From Candidatus Nomurabacteria bacterium (GTDB taxonomy: Bacteria > Patescibacteriota > Minisyncoccia > Phycocordibacterales > CAIZLB01), in assembly GCA_943356525.1 (NCBI GenBank), contig CALRFG010000001.1, positions 7,278 to 71,277 on the forward strand: a stretch of 64,000 nt of DNA. Reading direction: 5' to 3'. Within the stretch, counting starts at the first letter, position 1; the number at the start of each line of letters is the position of its first letter. Made by a program: the position numbers and the translations under genes. Shown here piece after piece: positions 17,181 to 27,472 of this stretch. The notes under the pieces are model-generated. The model made no database searches, was not told where the DNA came from, and saw only the letters and a list, made by a program, of their open reading frames with translations.

Positions 17181-17679
17181 TATAAAAGAAAAAATAATAC
17201 TTTCTATAGATCCAGGATACGAAAGACTTGGTATATGTGTGTTAAAAAAAGATATGATAATAAAAAAAACGGAATTACTTCACTCCGAATGTTTTAAGAC
17301 ATCTAAAGATGATGATTTTAAAGACAGAATACTCAAAATAGGTTTATATATAGAAAGTATAATAGAAAAATACAAGCCAGAAGATCTTGCTATAGAAAAT
17401 CTTTTTATGAATACAAATCAAAAAACAGCATTGAAAGTTAGTGAAGTTAAGGGGGTTTTGATATATATATGTAAAAAATATCAGATGGGTGTTTTTGAAT
17501 ACACACCGCTTCAAATAAAATCTGCGATAACAGGCTCTGGAAGAAGTGATAAGGTTGCTGTTAAAAAAATGTTGTTTTTATTGATGCCTGAATTGAAAAA
17601 AGATGGAAAAAAAATAGATGATGAATATGATGCTATAGCTTGTGGATTGACGCACTTTGCATTCATGAGAGGTATATGA
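17170..17679 (+). CDS. ruvC: Holliday junction resolvase RuvC
   Basis: 169 aa. ILSIDPGYERLGICV matches the RuvC N-terminal catalytic motif (ILGIDPG...G). Overlaps the ruvB stop. Confidence 0.8.
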   Translation: MVNNIKEKIILSIDPGYERLGICVLKKDMIIKKTELLHSECFKTSKDDDFKDRILKIGLYIESIIEKYKPEDLAIENLFMNTNQKTALKVSEVKGVLIYICKKYQMGVFEYTPLQIKSAITGSGRSDKVAVKKMLFLLMPELKKDGKKIDDEYDAIACGLTHFAFMRGI

Positions 17680-17694
17680 TTTAATATCAACAAT

Positions 17695-17970
17695 ATGTCC
17701 AAAAACAGTAATCAAGAAAATATTAACAAAGCCATAAACCCTGAATCAAAAATAGATGATTTGAATTTACCTGATATTGGCTTAGATATAGCAGATGATG
17801 ACTTACTTATTACAACAGAAGAGACTCTGACTGTTGTTATAGAGGACGATGAGGGATTATTAGAAGATGAAGAGTTTTTACTTGGTTTAAATAAAAATAA
17901 AAAGAAAAAGAAAAACGAAGATGATGAAGATATTGAGGATTTTGATAGTTATTTTTTTCAAGAGGAATAG
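17695..17970 (+). CDS. hypothetical small acidic protein
   Basis: 91-aa ORF, strongly acidic (DDLLITTEETL...EDDEDIEDFD). Confidence 0.4.
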   Translation: MSKNSNQENINKAINPESKIDDLNLPDIGLDIADDDLLITTEETLTVVIEDDEGLLEDEEFLLGLNKNKKKKKNEDDEDIEDFDSYFFQEE

Positions 17971-17987
17971 GTTATACTATAAAATAT

Positions 17988-20444
17988 ATGGTAAAAGTTT
18001 TTAGAAATTTTATTTATAAAATAGAGGATTTTATTATTTATATAATAAGCAAAATGATTAAATTTTTTAATTTAAATAAAAAGAATAAATCCTGGGTTAA
18101 AAAATTAGTAAGAAAAATTATTTTAGGAGTTATTGCTTTATTGATGTTTATTACCGCTCTTTTTTTATTGTGGTTTTCCAGCCTAAAAACACCTGATATA
18201 AACGTTTTTGATGACAAACTACTTGGACAATCAGCTAAGATATACGATAGAACAGGAAATGTTTTATTGTATGATTTAAGTCAAAAAGTAAGAAGATCTG
18301 TTATGCCAATTGATCAAATCTCTCCTTATATAGCACAGGCAACTATTGCCATAGAGGATAATGATTTTTATCAACATGGAGGTATAAAAATATCATCTCT
18401 TGTGCGTGCTGTTTTTGCAAACATTAGTGAGGGTGGTTACAGTCAAGGCGGTTCTACTATAACTCAACAAGTTGTTAAAAACTCTCTTTTGACAAGAGAT
18501 AAGACAATAGTTAGAAAAATTAAAGAAATATTTTTATCATTAAAACTTGAAAGGAATTTAACTAAGGATCAGATTTTAACACTTTATCTAAATAATTCTC
18601 CTTATGGTGGAAATATATATGGTGTTGAGGAAGCAACTCAATTATTTTTCAATAAAAAAGCAAATGATGTTACTTTAGCAGAGGCTGCTATTATTGCATC
18701 TTTACCAAAAGCACCTTCTACTTATAACCCTTATGTAGGCAAAAAAAATGCACTATTAGATAGGAAAAATCTTGTTCTTTCAAACATGTTTAAACTGAAA
18801 ATGATTACAGAGGAGCAGTACAACGAAGCAAAAGCAGAGGTTGTTGTATTTGAACCAAGAAATCTAGGTTCAATAAAAGCAGCACATTTTGTAATGTATT
18901 TAAGAGATCAGCTAGAAAAAAAATATGGTATAGAAAAATTATCTGAAGGTGGTTTTAAGGTTATTTCTACAATAGACTATGATATTCAAAAAAAAGGAGA
19001 GGAAATAGTTTTTGATTATATAAAAAATAATCAAAAAAGATTTGGTGCTGAAAATGGTTCTATGGTTGTTATAGATCCAAAAACAGGACAAATATTGGCC
19101 ATGATAGGTTCACGAGATTATTTTGATACAGAAATAGATGGAAATTTTAACATTGCGACAGCATATAGACAACCAGGTTCAGCTTTTAAACCTTTTGTGT
19201 TTGCAACGGGTTTTAATAAAGGTTTTTTACCTCAAACTGTATTGTTTGATACTTTAACCGAGTTTTCGTCTGAATGTACACCTAGTGGTATACCTAAATC
19301 AGCAGAAACTGTTTGTTATAAGCCTCAAAACTATGAGGGTGGTTTTAAGGGTCCTATGAGTATAAGAATGGCACTAGGTGCATCTAGAAACATACCTGCG
19401 GTTAAGATGATATATCTTGTTGGTGTCCAATCTGTTATAAACACCGCTAGGGCGTTGGGTATTTCCAATCTAGAGAATGCATCAAAGTATGGTTTATCGC
19501 TTGCACTTGGGTCTGGTGAAGTGTCTGTAATTGACATGACAAGTGCTTATGGGGTTTTTGCAAATGATGGTGTTAGAAACAACGTTACTGGTATAATTAA
19601 AATAGAAGATTCAAATGGCCAAGTTTTGGAGGAGTTTGAACCTGCACCTAAAAAGGTCCTGGAAGAGCAAACCGCTAGGTATATAAACGATATCTTGTCT
19701 GATGTGGTTGCGCGTAACAGTATATTTGTAAAATCTTATTTCAAAGATGATATAGTTGCCATGAAAACAGGTACAACAAACAACTCTCGTGATGCTTGGA
19801 CTATAGGTTATACACCAACAGTGGTTGTGGGTGCATGGATAGGAAACAACGACAATAGCCCTATGAGCCAAATTGCTTCAGCTTTGATAGTATCCCCTAT
19901 GTGGAAACAATACATGGATTATTTATTAACAAAAGTTAATAAAGAATCATTTATAAAGCCAGAGGAAATAAGTAGTGATGTTAAACCTTTTATGAAAGGG
20001 GTTTATCAAACAGCAGATGGTGTTGCTCACAGTGAGCTATACTGGATTGATAGAGATGATGTTACAGGCGCACAACCAAGAAATCCTGCTGCTGATCCAT
20101 TATTCTACAATTGGGAAAATTCTATATATAATGAATCACAGGAGTTTAGTGATGGAAACACTTCTTCATCAGGTTTAATGGTAAATATAATTGGTAGTAA
20201 AAAAAATTTATTAAAGGACTCTATATTAAGTGTGAGTGTTTCTGGTTATACAGATCAGACTACAAAAGTAGATTTCTTAATAAACGGAGTAAAGGTTGGA
20301 GATAGTACTACATCACCTTATAAATTTAACGTTAACTTAAATTTGTTAAAAAACATAAATCCAGAGAATGAAATAAAAATAGTGGAGTACAATAAAGATG
20401 ATGTTACTAAAGTTGCGGTAGATTATTTTACAATTCAAGAGTAA
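17988..20444 (+). CDS. class A penicillin-binding protein (bifunctional glycosyltransferase/transpeptidase, PBP1A-like)
   Basis: N-terminal TM. GT51 motifs EDNDFYQHGG and GGSTITQQVVKN. Transpeptidase SAFKPF (SxxK) and KTGT. Confidence 0.9.
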   Translation: MVKVFRNFIYKIEDFIIYIISKMIKFFNLNKKNKSWVKKLVRKIILGVIALLMFITALFLLWFSSLKTPDINVFDDKLLGQSAKIYDRTGNVLLYDLSQKVRRSVMPIDQISPYIAQATIAIEDNDFYQHGGIKISSLVRAVFANISEGGYSQGGSTITQQVVKNSLLTRDKTIVRKIKEIFLSLKLERNLTKDQILTLYLNNSPYGGNIYGVEEATQLFFNKKANDVTLAEAAIIASLPKAPSTYNPYVGKKNALLDRKNLVLSNMFKLKMITEEQYNEAKAEVVVFEPRNLGSIKAAHFVMYLRDQLEKKYGIEKLSEGGFKVISTIDYDIQKKGEEIVFDYIKNNQKRFGAENGSMVVIDPKTGQILAMIGSRDYFDTEIDGNFNIATAYRQPGSAFKPFVFATGFNKGFLPQTVLFDTLTEFSSECTPSGIPKSAETVCYKPQNYEGGFKGPMSIRMALGASRNIPAVKMIYLVGVQSVINTARALGISNLENASKYGLSLALGSGEVSVIDMTSAYGVFANDGVRNNVTGIIKIEDSNGQVLEEFEPAPKKVLEEQTARYINDILSDVVARNSIFVKSYFKDDIVAMKTGTTNNSRDAWTIGYTPTVVVGAWIGNNDNSPMSQIASALIVSPMWKQYMDYLLTKVNKESFIKPEEISSDVKPFMKGVYQTADGVAHSELYWIDRDDVTGAQPRNPAADPLFYNWENSIYNESQEFSDGNTSSSGLMVNIIGSKKNLLKDSILSVSVSGYTDQTTKVDFLINGVKVGDSTTSPYKFNVNLNLLKNINPENEIKIVEYNKDDVTKVAVDYFTIQE

Positions 20445-20700
20445 GGCTGGAATTTAAATTTTTTATTTTTTTATTAATCTTTTCCAGATGCATGAGTATT
20501 ATAAATCTTTTGTTTGAGTTTAATTTAATTTTAAATATATTATTATTATTAAGGATATCTTTTTCTTTAATTTTTAAACCAGATTCTTCATTTATTATTT
20601 TTAATACAGCATAGATAATTTGATCAGATGCACTCTTTGTAATATCCAGTTGATTTTCTAATTTAATTAGGTTTGATAAATCTTTTATGTTTTTAAGCAC
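20428..20700 (-). CDS. hypothetical small protein downstream of dnaN
   Basis: 90-aa ORF with no recognised motif. Confidence 0.35.
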   Translation of the reverse strand: MLKNIKDLSNLIKLENQLDITKSASDQIIYAVLKIINEESGLKIKEKDILNNNNIFKIKLNSNKRFIILMHLEKINKKIKNLNSSLTLEL

Positions 20701-20727
20701 TGTTTTATATATAATTAAAAGTTATCT

Positions 20728-21855
20728 TTATTTATTCATAGGCATAACCATATAAACATAACTATTATCCTCAAGGGGTTTTATTACTGTTGGTGTTGTT
20801 TTACCACTGATTTCTATACTTATTTTGTCAGATTTAATTTTATTTAAAAAATCTGATAAGTATTTATGATTATAGTTTTGGGACAAAGACTCCCCTTTTT
20901 TAAATATTTCCTGCTTTGAAAAAGACTCACCTATTTTATTATTTTTAGAATAAAAATCTATTTCTTTGTCACCTATATCAATTTTTACATAATTAAAATC
21001 ATCGGAGAAAATATTTGATGCTTTTAATGCATTTAAAATATCTTCTGTTGACATCTCTATCTCTGTAATAAATTTATTTGGAATAATTGCTTTATAGTTT
21101 GGATACAAACCTGAAACAGTTCTAACACATAATAAACTCTCTGTTGTTTTTACACAAAATAAACCCTTTTCTAGAAAAATAGATATTGAAATATTTGGAT
21201 AAATTACCTTCATTAAATCATTTAAGGTTTTTGCTGGTATAAGTATTTGCTTAAAATCATCTATATTTTTTATATTATCTTTATTTATAATTTTTCTTTT
21301 TTCAACTAGTCTAAATCCATCAGTGGCTACAAAACTAAATACATCACCCTCATAAGACATAAGGACACAAGACAGCTCTGGTTTTATACTAGATATAGCT
21401 GCTGCAAAAGAAACCGATTGTATTCCATCAATTAATATATCTGAATTTATTATTAAACTGTTTTCACTTTGACTAAGGTTAAAATTTTTAATATCAGGAT
21501 AAGTATTAGAGGAAACTATTTGTATATTTGATTCCTGATTTTTAACTTTTATTTTTATAGAGTTTTCTAGTATTTCAATAATTACGTTTTCATTTTTATT
21601 GAATAGATTTAAATAACTTAGTAAAAGATTTGGATTTATACATATTTTCTTATTTTTACCTTCTGATATTGTTTTTATAAATATATCTTGTTTGTAAAAT
21701 ATATCTAGATTATAGCTAGTTATTCTCAATGTTGATTCATCTGTAATCTCGAATAGTATATTCTCTAAAACTGGTTGATTTGGGTTTCTTGTGGTTATTT
21801 TAGCTGCTTTACCTATAACATCTATCAATAATTCATTTATTGTTTCTATTTTCAT
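20728..21855 (-). CDS. dnaN: DNA polymerase III beta subunit (sliding clamp)
   Basis: Immediately downstream of dnaA. N-terminus MKIETINELLIDVIGKAAKITTRNPNQPVLENILFEI matches the DnaN pattern (MKF.I.R..L...L......R...PILSN.LLE). The track start at 21876 adds 7 residues. Confidence 0.8.
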   Translation of the reverse strand: MKIETINELLIDVIGKAAKITTRNPNQPVLENILFEITDESTLRITSYNLDIFYKQDIFIKTISEGKNKKICINPNLLLSYLNLFNKNENVIIEILENSIKIKVKNQESNIQIVSSNTYPDIKNFNLSQSENSLIINSDILIDGIQSVSFAAAISSIKPELSCVLMSYEGDVFSFVATDGFRLVEKRKIINKDNIKNIDDFKQILIPAKTLNDLMKVIYPNISISIFLEKGLFCVKTTESLLCVRTVSGLYPNYKAIIPNKFITEIEMSTEDILNALKASNIFSDDFNYVKIDIGDKEIDFYSKNNKIGESFSKQEIFKKGESLSQNYNHKYLSDFLNKIKSDKISIEISGKTTPTVIKPLEDNSYVYMVMPMNK

Positions 21856-21876
21856 ATTTAAATTAATTATACACAA

Positions 21877-22099
21877 TAATAGCCATTATGTATGTTGATA
21901 TCTTAATAAGTCTAATATACTTATATACTTCAACCTTATTTGATAATTTGAATGTTGATAATCTAGTTGATAGCTGTGGATAAAATAGGTGTATAACTAT
22001 GTATATGTGGATAACTGTGGATAAAACCTATACTTATACAGTGTTTATACAAACTTATATACAGTATATAAACAAGATATACACAAGTTTATACACAAA
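21877..22099. promoter_or_regulatory. oriC: oriC candidate: dnaA-dnaN intergenic region with DnaA boxes and an AT-rich unwinding region
   Basis: Perfect DnaA boxes TGTGGATAA at 21975-21983, 22006-22014 and 22016-22024. Variant TTATACACA at ~22088. Flanking sequence is very AT-rich. Confidence 0.7.
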
Positions 22100-23473
22100 C
22101 TATATACGAAGCATTGATTTGATTTGGTTGATCTCCTCAAATAAAACTTGGTTTGAAACCAAATCAGCCTTAACTTTGTCATATGCGTGTATAACCGTTG
22201 TATGATCCCTCTTTCCTAGTTTTTCACCTATATTTGATAAAGAATAACCAAAATATTCCCTTAATATAAACATTAAAACCTGCCTAGGTTTAACTATCTC
22301 TTGTTTTCTGTTCTTTTCTATTATAGATTTTTCATCTATTTTGTAAAATGAAGCCACAGCCTTTAAAACATCCTTTAAGGAGATGTTTCCTGAGGTTTTT
22401 ACAATGTTTTTTGTTAAGTTTTTAACCTCATCGAGACTTAAAACCCTATCTTTTATTTGAGATTGTATTGATATATTGTTTATTATACCCTCTATTTCCC
22501 TTATACTACCATCCAAACCTTCTGCTAGGTACTGTATAGTCTCTTGGTCTAGTTTAGTGTCTCCTTGCTCCAGTTTAGAGTTAATAATAGCTATTTTAGA
22601 TTCAGTGTCTATCCTAGGTATATCTATAATCATACCTTGTGAAAACCTTGATTTTAAACGACTTTCTAGATTCTGTAGATAATTAGGATGCTGATCTGAT
22701 GAAAAGATGATTTGTCTCTGATTGTCATATAAAAAATTGAATAAATGGAACAATTCCTCCTGAGTTTTTTCTTTGTTTGATAAAAACTGAATATCATCCA
22801 TAATCAAAAGGTCATATTTCTTGTACTTTTCCTTGAAAAGGTTAGATTTGTTATTTTGTAAAGAAGATATATAGTCATTTGTAAACCTTTCGCTTGTTAC
22901 ATAAAAAACCTTCTTACTAAGATTATTTTTATAATAATTTCCAACAGCCTGCATAAGGTGAGTCTTCCCTACCCCTGTACTACCGTAAAAAAATAAAGGG
23001 TTATAAAATCCAGGTTTTTTAATAATAGCCTGAGCTGAAGCATTTGCTAATTCATTAAAAGAACCCACAACAAAAGAGTCGAATATGTATTTTGGGTTCA
23101 AGTTATCATTTAAATCTATATAGTTATCCTTCAAAGGTAACTCATTTTTCTTATCATAAACCTTTTCACCCCCTTTTTCTTCTATTCTATCGCTGTTTTT
23201 AAGATCTTTTTCTTTTTTAACTATTGTTGGAGATATTATAAATTCGATATTTTTTATATTTTCATGTTTCTTTCTAAGAATATTGAGTATTTTTGTATAT
23301 GCCTTACTTTTAATCCAGTCTATAGCAAAAGAGTTTTGTACTAAAACCTTCAAAACATGATCCTCATATGAGTCAACTTTTGTGTTTTTAAGCCAAGAAT
23401 TATAACCTGAAGGAGTAACCTCTGGTTTTATTTCTTCTAATGTTTTTTTCCATATAATGTTAATTTCTTCCAT
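22100..23473 (-). CDS. dnaA: chromosomal replication initiator DnaA
   Basis: AAA+ Walker A GSTGVGKTHLMQAVGNYY, Walker B LLIMDDIQFL, C-terminal DNA-binding helix-turn-helix (KLGKRDHTTVIHAYDKV). Confidence 0.9.
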   Translation of the reverse strand: MEEINIIWKKTLEEIKPEVTPSGYNSWLKNTKVDSYEDHVLKVLVQNSFAIDWIKSKAYTKILNILRKKHENIKNIEFIISPTIVKKEKDLKNSDRIEEKGGEKVYDKKNELPLKDNYIDLNDNLNPKYIFDSFVVGSFNELANASAQAIIKKPGFYNPLFFYGSTGVGKTHLMQAVGNYYKNNLSKKVFYVTSERFTNDYISSLQNNKSNLFKEKYKKYDLLIMDDIQFLSNKEKTQEELFHLFNFLYDNQRQIIFSSDQHPNYLQNLESRLKSRFSQGMIIDIPRIDTESKIAIINSKLEQGDTKLDQETIQYLAEGLDGSIREIEGIINNISIQSQIKDRVLSLDEVKNLTKNIVKTSGNISLKDVLKAVASFYKIDEKSIIEKNRKQEIVKPRQVLMFILREYFGYSLSNIGEKLGKRDHTTVIHAYDKVKADLVSNQVLFEEINQIKSMLRI

Positions 23474-23500
23474 GTGGATAAATTATATACTTGTGGATAA
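23474..23500. promoter_or_regulatory. two DnaA boxes at the dnaA promoter
   Basis: TGTGGATAA at 23474-23482, abutting the dnaA ATG, and at 23492-23500. Confidence 0.6.
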
Positions 23501-23549
23501 CTTTTTTTACCTTGTTTTTTCTATAAAATAATGTATATTGTTATATATT

Positions 23550-23693
23550 ATGTCATTCACTTATAATCCAAAGAAAAAGAAAAGAGCAACAACTCATGGT
23601 TTTTTAGCTAGATCCAAAACACATGGTGGTAGAAGGGTGTTACAAGCAAGAAGAAGAAAAGGCAGAAAAAACCTTTCAACTGTTGGTTCATAA
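23550..23693 (+). CDS. rpmH: 50S ribosomal protein L34
   Basis: Hand translation [47 protein letters not shown]. Absent from the ORF track because it is short. Confidence 0.9.
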   Translation: MSFTYNPKKKKRATTHGFLARSKTHGGRRVLQARRRKGRKNLSTVGS

Positions 23694-23737
23694 TCATTTA
23701 TATAGTGATTTGTTGTATAATAATATAAAAAACAGTC

Positions 23738-24028
23738 ATGCTTTACACTATAAAAACAATAAACCAGAAAGAAAAACCTGGTTTTTTTGTTTATTTTGTA
23801 GCAAAAAAGAAAGTGTTTAAAAAAGCTGTACTGCGCAACAAGGTAAAAAGAATAGCCAGACATGCCTTTTTTGAGGCCAAGAAGAGTCTTTTATCTACCA
23901 AAAACCAAACCTTTCCAGATAAACAGGTTATTTTTTTCTTAGAAAATGGTATTATTCAAGAATCCTTTGAAAACATAGTTAATTCTTTTACAAACGATAT
24001 TTTAAAAATAAGTAATAAAAACAAATAA
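23738..24028 (+). CDS. rnpA: ribonuclease P protein component
   Basis: 96 aa with KAVLRNKVKRIARHAF (the RnpA RNR motif). Sits between rpmH and yidC, the conserved order. Confidence 0.8.
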   Translation: MLYTIKTINQKEKPGFFVYFVAKKKVFKKAVLRNKVKRIARHAFFEAKKSLLSTKNQTFPDKQVIFFLENGIIQESFENIVNSFTNDILKISNKNK

Positions 24029-24037
24029 AACACAACA

Positions 24038-24775
24038 ATGTTCCATACAATATTTTATAAACCAATGTACAATGCTTTGATATTTATATTGGACATATTA
24101 CCAAGCCATGATGTTGCTTTAGCTGTTATAGTTTTGACTACTTTGATTAAAATAGTACTTCTCCCCTTGTCTCATAAGATGTTTATAACCCAAATACTAC
24201 AGAAAAAAATACAACCGATCATATCTAAGATACAAGAAGAGTATAAAGATAATAAACAAATGTTAGGTGTAAAAATGCTAGAGGTATATAAAGAGCATAA
24301 ACTTAACCCTTTCTCTTCTCTTTTATTAATGATAATACAAATACCAATCGTCCTTGCGTTATATTTTGTTTTTGCAAACGGGGGGTTACCTGAAATAATC
24401 CTAGCTGATCTATACCCATTTGTTTCAAGTGTAAATAATATTAAATATGTATTACTAGGTATAGACTTTACTAAAGCCAACGTTTTAGTTGGTTTCGTTG
24501 CAGGGTTGGCTCAATATATACAAATAAGGCTATCTTTGCAAAACATGACACCTATTGACCCAAAAAAACCTATATCTGAAATGAAACCAGAAGAAATGAT
24601 GCAGAAACAAATGAGTTTTATGATGAAATATTTTATACCAATACTTATATTTATAGCATCACTTCAAGTTTCAGCCGCAGTTGCCTTATACTGGATAGTC
24701 TCATCTATTTTTATGATAGTTCAAGAGTTATATTTCAGAAATAAATATAAAGTTGAATTATTAGCTGTTAAATAA
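24038..24775 (+). CDS. yidC: membrane protein insertase YidC (short, Gram-positive type)
   Basis: 245 aa, multi-TM, YidC/Oxa1 fold signature. Conserved rpmH-rnpA-yidC synteny. Confidence 0.8.
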   Translation: MFHTIFYKPMYNALIFILDILPSHDVALAVIVLTTLIKIVLLPLSHKMFITQILQKKIQPIISKIQEEYKDNKQMLGVKMLEVYKEHKLNPFSSLLLMIIQIPIVLALYFVFANGGLPEIILADLYPFVSSVNNIKYVLLGIDFTKANVLVGFVAGLAQYIQIRLSLQNMTPIDPKKPISEMKPEEMMQKQMSFMMKYFIPILIFIASLQVSAAVALYWIVSSIFMIVQELYFRNKYKVELLAVK

Positions 24776-24824
24776 AACCTTCATAATAAAATATTTATTC
24801 AAATTCTAAAAATAAATAAAAAAT

Positions 24825-24859
24825 AAGGTCATTCTAGCAAAGAATGACCTTATTTTTTA
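24825..24859. terminator. bidirectional rho-independent terminator
   Basis: AAGGTCATTC-TAGCAAA-GAATGACCTT hairpin flanked by A-run and T-run, between convergent yidC and the 24871 gene. Confidence 0.6.
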
Positions 24860-24870
24860 TTTAATTATTA

Positions 24871-26190
24871 CTAGAGGTCGTATTTCCACAAAGTTAAAGT
24901 CTCTTTATCTTGAAATAACAGATATTTGTTTGTACTAGATATGTTCATTTTATATATATCTATAGGTACTATAACCTGATCTTGTAATGAGACAATAAGT
25001 CTAAAGCCCCCTGTTTCAGCATCAATCGACCATATATTATCACCAAAAGATATATTATTTTTATACCATGCGTCTGGATAAGGTGCTTGCTCTAGTCTTT
25101 GTGGTATACCACAGTATATTATTTTAGAATCAGAGCCCCAAACACATTTATCTACTATGGTGGCTTGATTTAAATACGTTGAATTTTTCGCTTTTATGTC
25201 ATATATGAATGTTTCCAAAGTGTTATTTAATATTTCATTGTATATAACCTTCTTGCCATCAGGTGACATAAGTGTGTTAAAACCGTATTTTTCACCCAAA
25301 ATATAAGTGTTTTTAGAGTTACCGTCTGGGTTAAGTGTGAATAAATAACCTTTAAAATAAGCCGAAGGTTTTGTTGTCAAAGCAACTACTGTTTTATTTA
25401 CGTACTGTGATAACCACTCTGATATAGTAGTATTTATTGTATTTATCCTAACAACACCATCTATATTAGAAACAACACCACCACCAGATTTGTTTATAAA
25501 ATAGAATATTTTTTTAATAGATCCTAAAAAAGATATATTATTTGCATCAATGTTTATATTTTTAACCTCAGCTTTATAAATAGTTGATGATGAAAACTCC
25601 TTTATTAGCTTCATGTATGCAGTAGAGATTGTCTCATTATCATTAGCTAAAGTTCTTATAATCAAAGAAGAACTATCTGCAAAAAATACCTCTTCAGCTC
25701 CAGGTGAGGTATAGTTAGAAATCTTTACAATATCTGTTGTAGAAGCTATATTTTCATATATATGACCTGTTTTACGATCCCAAAAGTAAATATATTCTTG
25801 ATTTTTTAATATTTTTTTATTTTTAATATCTTTTACAATATCCTTTGTTGATGTTGATTTATTTGTACTTGTTGATATAACCTCTATATCTTTATATACA
25901 AAATCAAAACCTGAAACAGGTTCATTCCATAGTTGTATAAGTCTTGGTTTTTCTGATGCTGTTTCTGTTGGATTTTCTACAACCTCTTCATTTGCAAATG
26001 TTTCAACGTTTGTAGATGTTGAAACTCTTGTTTGAAAAGGGGTTCTATTTCTATCTATATTTGTAACATCCCCACCATTTGTCTTTATTAGTGTTTTAGA
26101 TTTTTGAAAAAAACTATAACCAAAATATACACCTAAGCCTAATATTAGTATTGTTAAAGTAAAAATTATTTTTTTTATAGTATTTTTCAT
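24871..26190 (-). CDS. hypothetical membrane-anchored extracytoplasmic protein
   Basis: 439 aa with an N-terminal signal anchor. Downstream partner of the 3D-domain paralog. Confidence 0.5.
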   Translation of the reverse strand: MKNTIKKIIFTLTILILGLGVYFGYSFFQKSKTLIKTNGGDVTNIDRNRTPFQTRVSTSTNVETFANEEVVENPTETASEKPRLIQLWNEPVSGFDFVYKDIEVISTSTNKSTSTKDIVKDIKNKKILKNQEYIYFWDRKTGHIYENIASTTDIVKISNYTSPGAEEVFFADSSSLIIRTLANDNETISTAYMKLIKEFSSSTIYKAEVKNINIDANNISFLGSIKKIFYFINKSGGGVVSNIDGVVRINTINTTISEWLSQYVNKTVVALTTKPSAYFKGYLFTLNPDGNSKNTYILGEKYGFNTLMSPDGKKVIYNEILNNTLETFIYDIKAKNSTYLNQATIVDKCVWGSDSKIIYCGIPQRLEQAPYPDAWYKNNISFGDNIWSIDAETGGFRLIVSLQDQVIVPIDIYKMNISSTNKYLLFQDKETLTLWKYDL

Positions 26191-26215
26191 ATTTTTTGTT
26201 TAAAATGTTTTTTTG

Positions 26216-27472
26216 TTAACGATTTAATATTTGTGCTCTTTTTTGACCAAAATATATTGTCCATTGTCCAGCTGGTATATTTTTTAAGTATGATCCGCCC
26301 AATGTTCCATTTTCATCATAAATATCGACAGTATTATTAAAAATAACACCATTATAAACAGCCGCTGTTGCATCTTCATAGTAACCAATAGAAGTTCCGT
26401 TTATATAAACCTCTTGACCTGTCTGAGGTTTATATCTAGATATAAGATCAGGAGACAATGCAACAGAACCCTCTCTTAGAAGATTATTTGAGTTTCCTCT
26501 TCTTTGTGCTGTGTTTGTGTCTGTTATTTTGTCTTTGGTTGCACTGTATACAGTTACAACAAGTCTACCATCTGTTGATCTTTGTCCATTATTAAGACCT
26601 CTTACCCAGTTTTCTGCAGTCCTTTCATTCCAAGAACCTACAGTGTTATAAGCATCCACAATCGACCCACCCCCAGCAGCTCCTAAATACGGACTATTTG
26701 GTACACTTGGTCCATAAAGCCCTGGAACATTAACACTCTGCTGTAAACCTTCAACATTTGCAAAGCTTGTAGAATATGTACCCTCCTTCAATCCTTGGGC
26801 TGCTTTAGCTATACCCCCATCAATACTATTCTCAGTATCAAGTTGTCCTGGATTAAAGTTAAAAGCCACAAGTTGTTTGTTTACTGTATACAATATGGTA
26901 TATGACAGTAAGCCTAAAGCCAAAGCTATTAAACTATTTTGCAATCTCTTTTTAGCACCTCCTTTTATCTGACCAGTTGCCTCCTCTGTCATATATTGTA
27001 TACCTGAAACAGATATATTGATAACAGATAATATTATTATGATTGATATCAAAAGTGTAAACAACATTTTCAACAACCCCTCAGTCCCACTAGCCACTTT
27101 AATACAAGTTATCTTACCTCCTTCCTTGGTGTCTCTGTTTGGAACCTCAACAACACCAAGACTCACTGCCCCTGGAAAAGTCTTGTCTATACCAGAAAAA
27201 GGTTGATAAAGTTTCTTATTTACATAATCACAGTTTTTTGTAGTTGGAAATATTGTTGCAAGTATCGAACCTTCAGGTGCTGCCCAATCCACAAATTTAT
27301 CAGCAAACCCTTTTTCTTGAGTTGGGGTGGAGGCTTGTTTTGGTGCTGCGGCATCTAGCCTCATTTGACCTGGTACAGCTTGGGGAACTTGTGCCAAAAC
27401 ATCATCACCACCCAAAAGCAAAACAAAAATCAACACAAGTATTTTTACAAAATTGAATAAAGGTTTATCCAT
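26216..27472 (-). CDS. membrane protein, paralog A: conserved N-terminal module plus C-terminal 3D-like (MltA-type) domain
   Basis: 418 aa. The first 265 aa are identical to the 28071 gene except one residue. The C-terminus has LLREGSVALSPD...GQEVYINGTSIGYYEDATAAVYNGVIFNNTVDIYDENG, resembling the 3D domain of lytic transglycosylases and stationary-phase survival proteins. Confidence 0.6.
   Translation of the reverse strand: MDKPLFNFVKILVLIFVLLLGGDDVLAQVPQAVPGQMRLDAAAPKQASTPTQEKGFADKFVDWAAPEGSILATIFPTTKNCDYVNKKLYQPFSGIDKTFPGAVSLGVVEVPNRDTKEGGKITCIKVASGTEGLLKMLFTLLISIIIILSVINISVSGIQYMTEEATGQIKGGAKKRLQNSLIALALGLLSYTILYTVNKQLVAFNFNPGQLDTENSIDGGIAKAAQGLKEGTYSTSFANVEGLQQSVNVPGLYGPSVPNSPYLGAAGGGSIVDAYNTVGSWNERTAENWVRGLNNGQRSTDGRLVVTVYSATKDKITDTNTAQRRGNSNNLLREGSVALSPDLISRYKPQTGQEVYINGTSIGYYEDATAAVYNGVIFNNTVDIYDENGTLGGSYLKNIPAGQWTIYFGQKRAQILNR

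Noticed and set aside
20445-20500. Possible terminator after PBP1A (CTGGAA...TTCCAG)
   Set aside because: The 6-bp stem has a ~30-nt loop and no U-tract, so it is not a convincing intrinsic terminator.
23594-23863. Minus-strand 89-aa ORF and plus-strand ORF 23623..23820
   Set aside because: They overlap the rpmH and rnpA genes, which have strong homology support in the other frame or strand.
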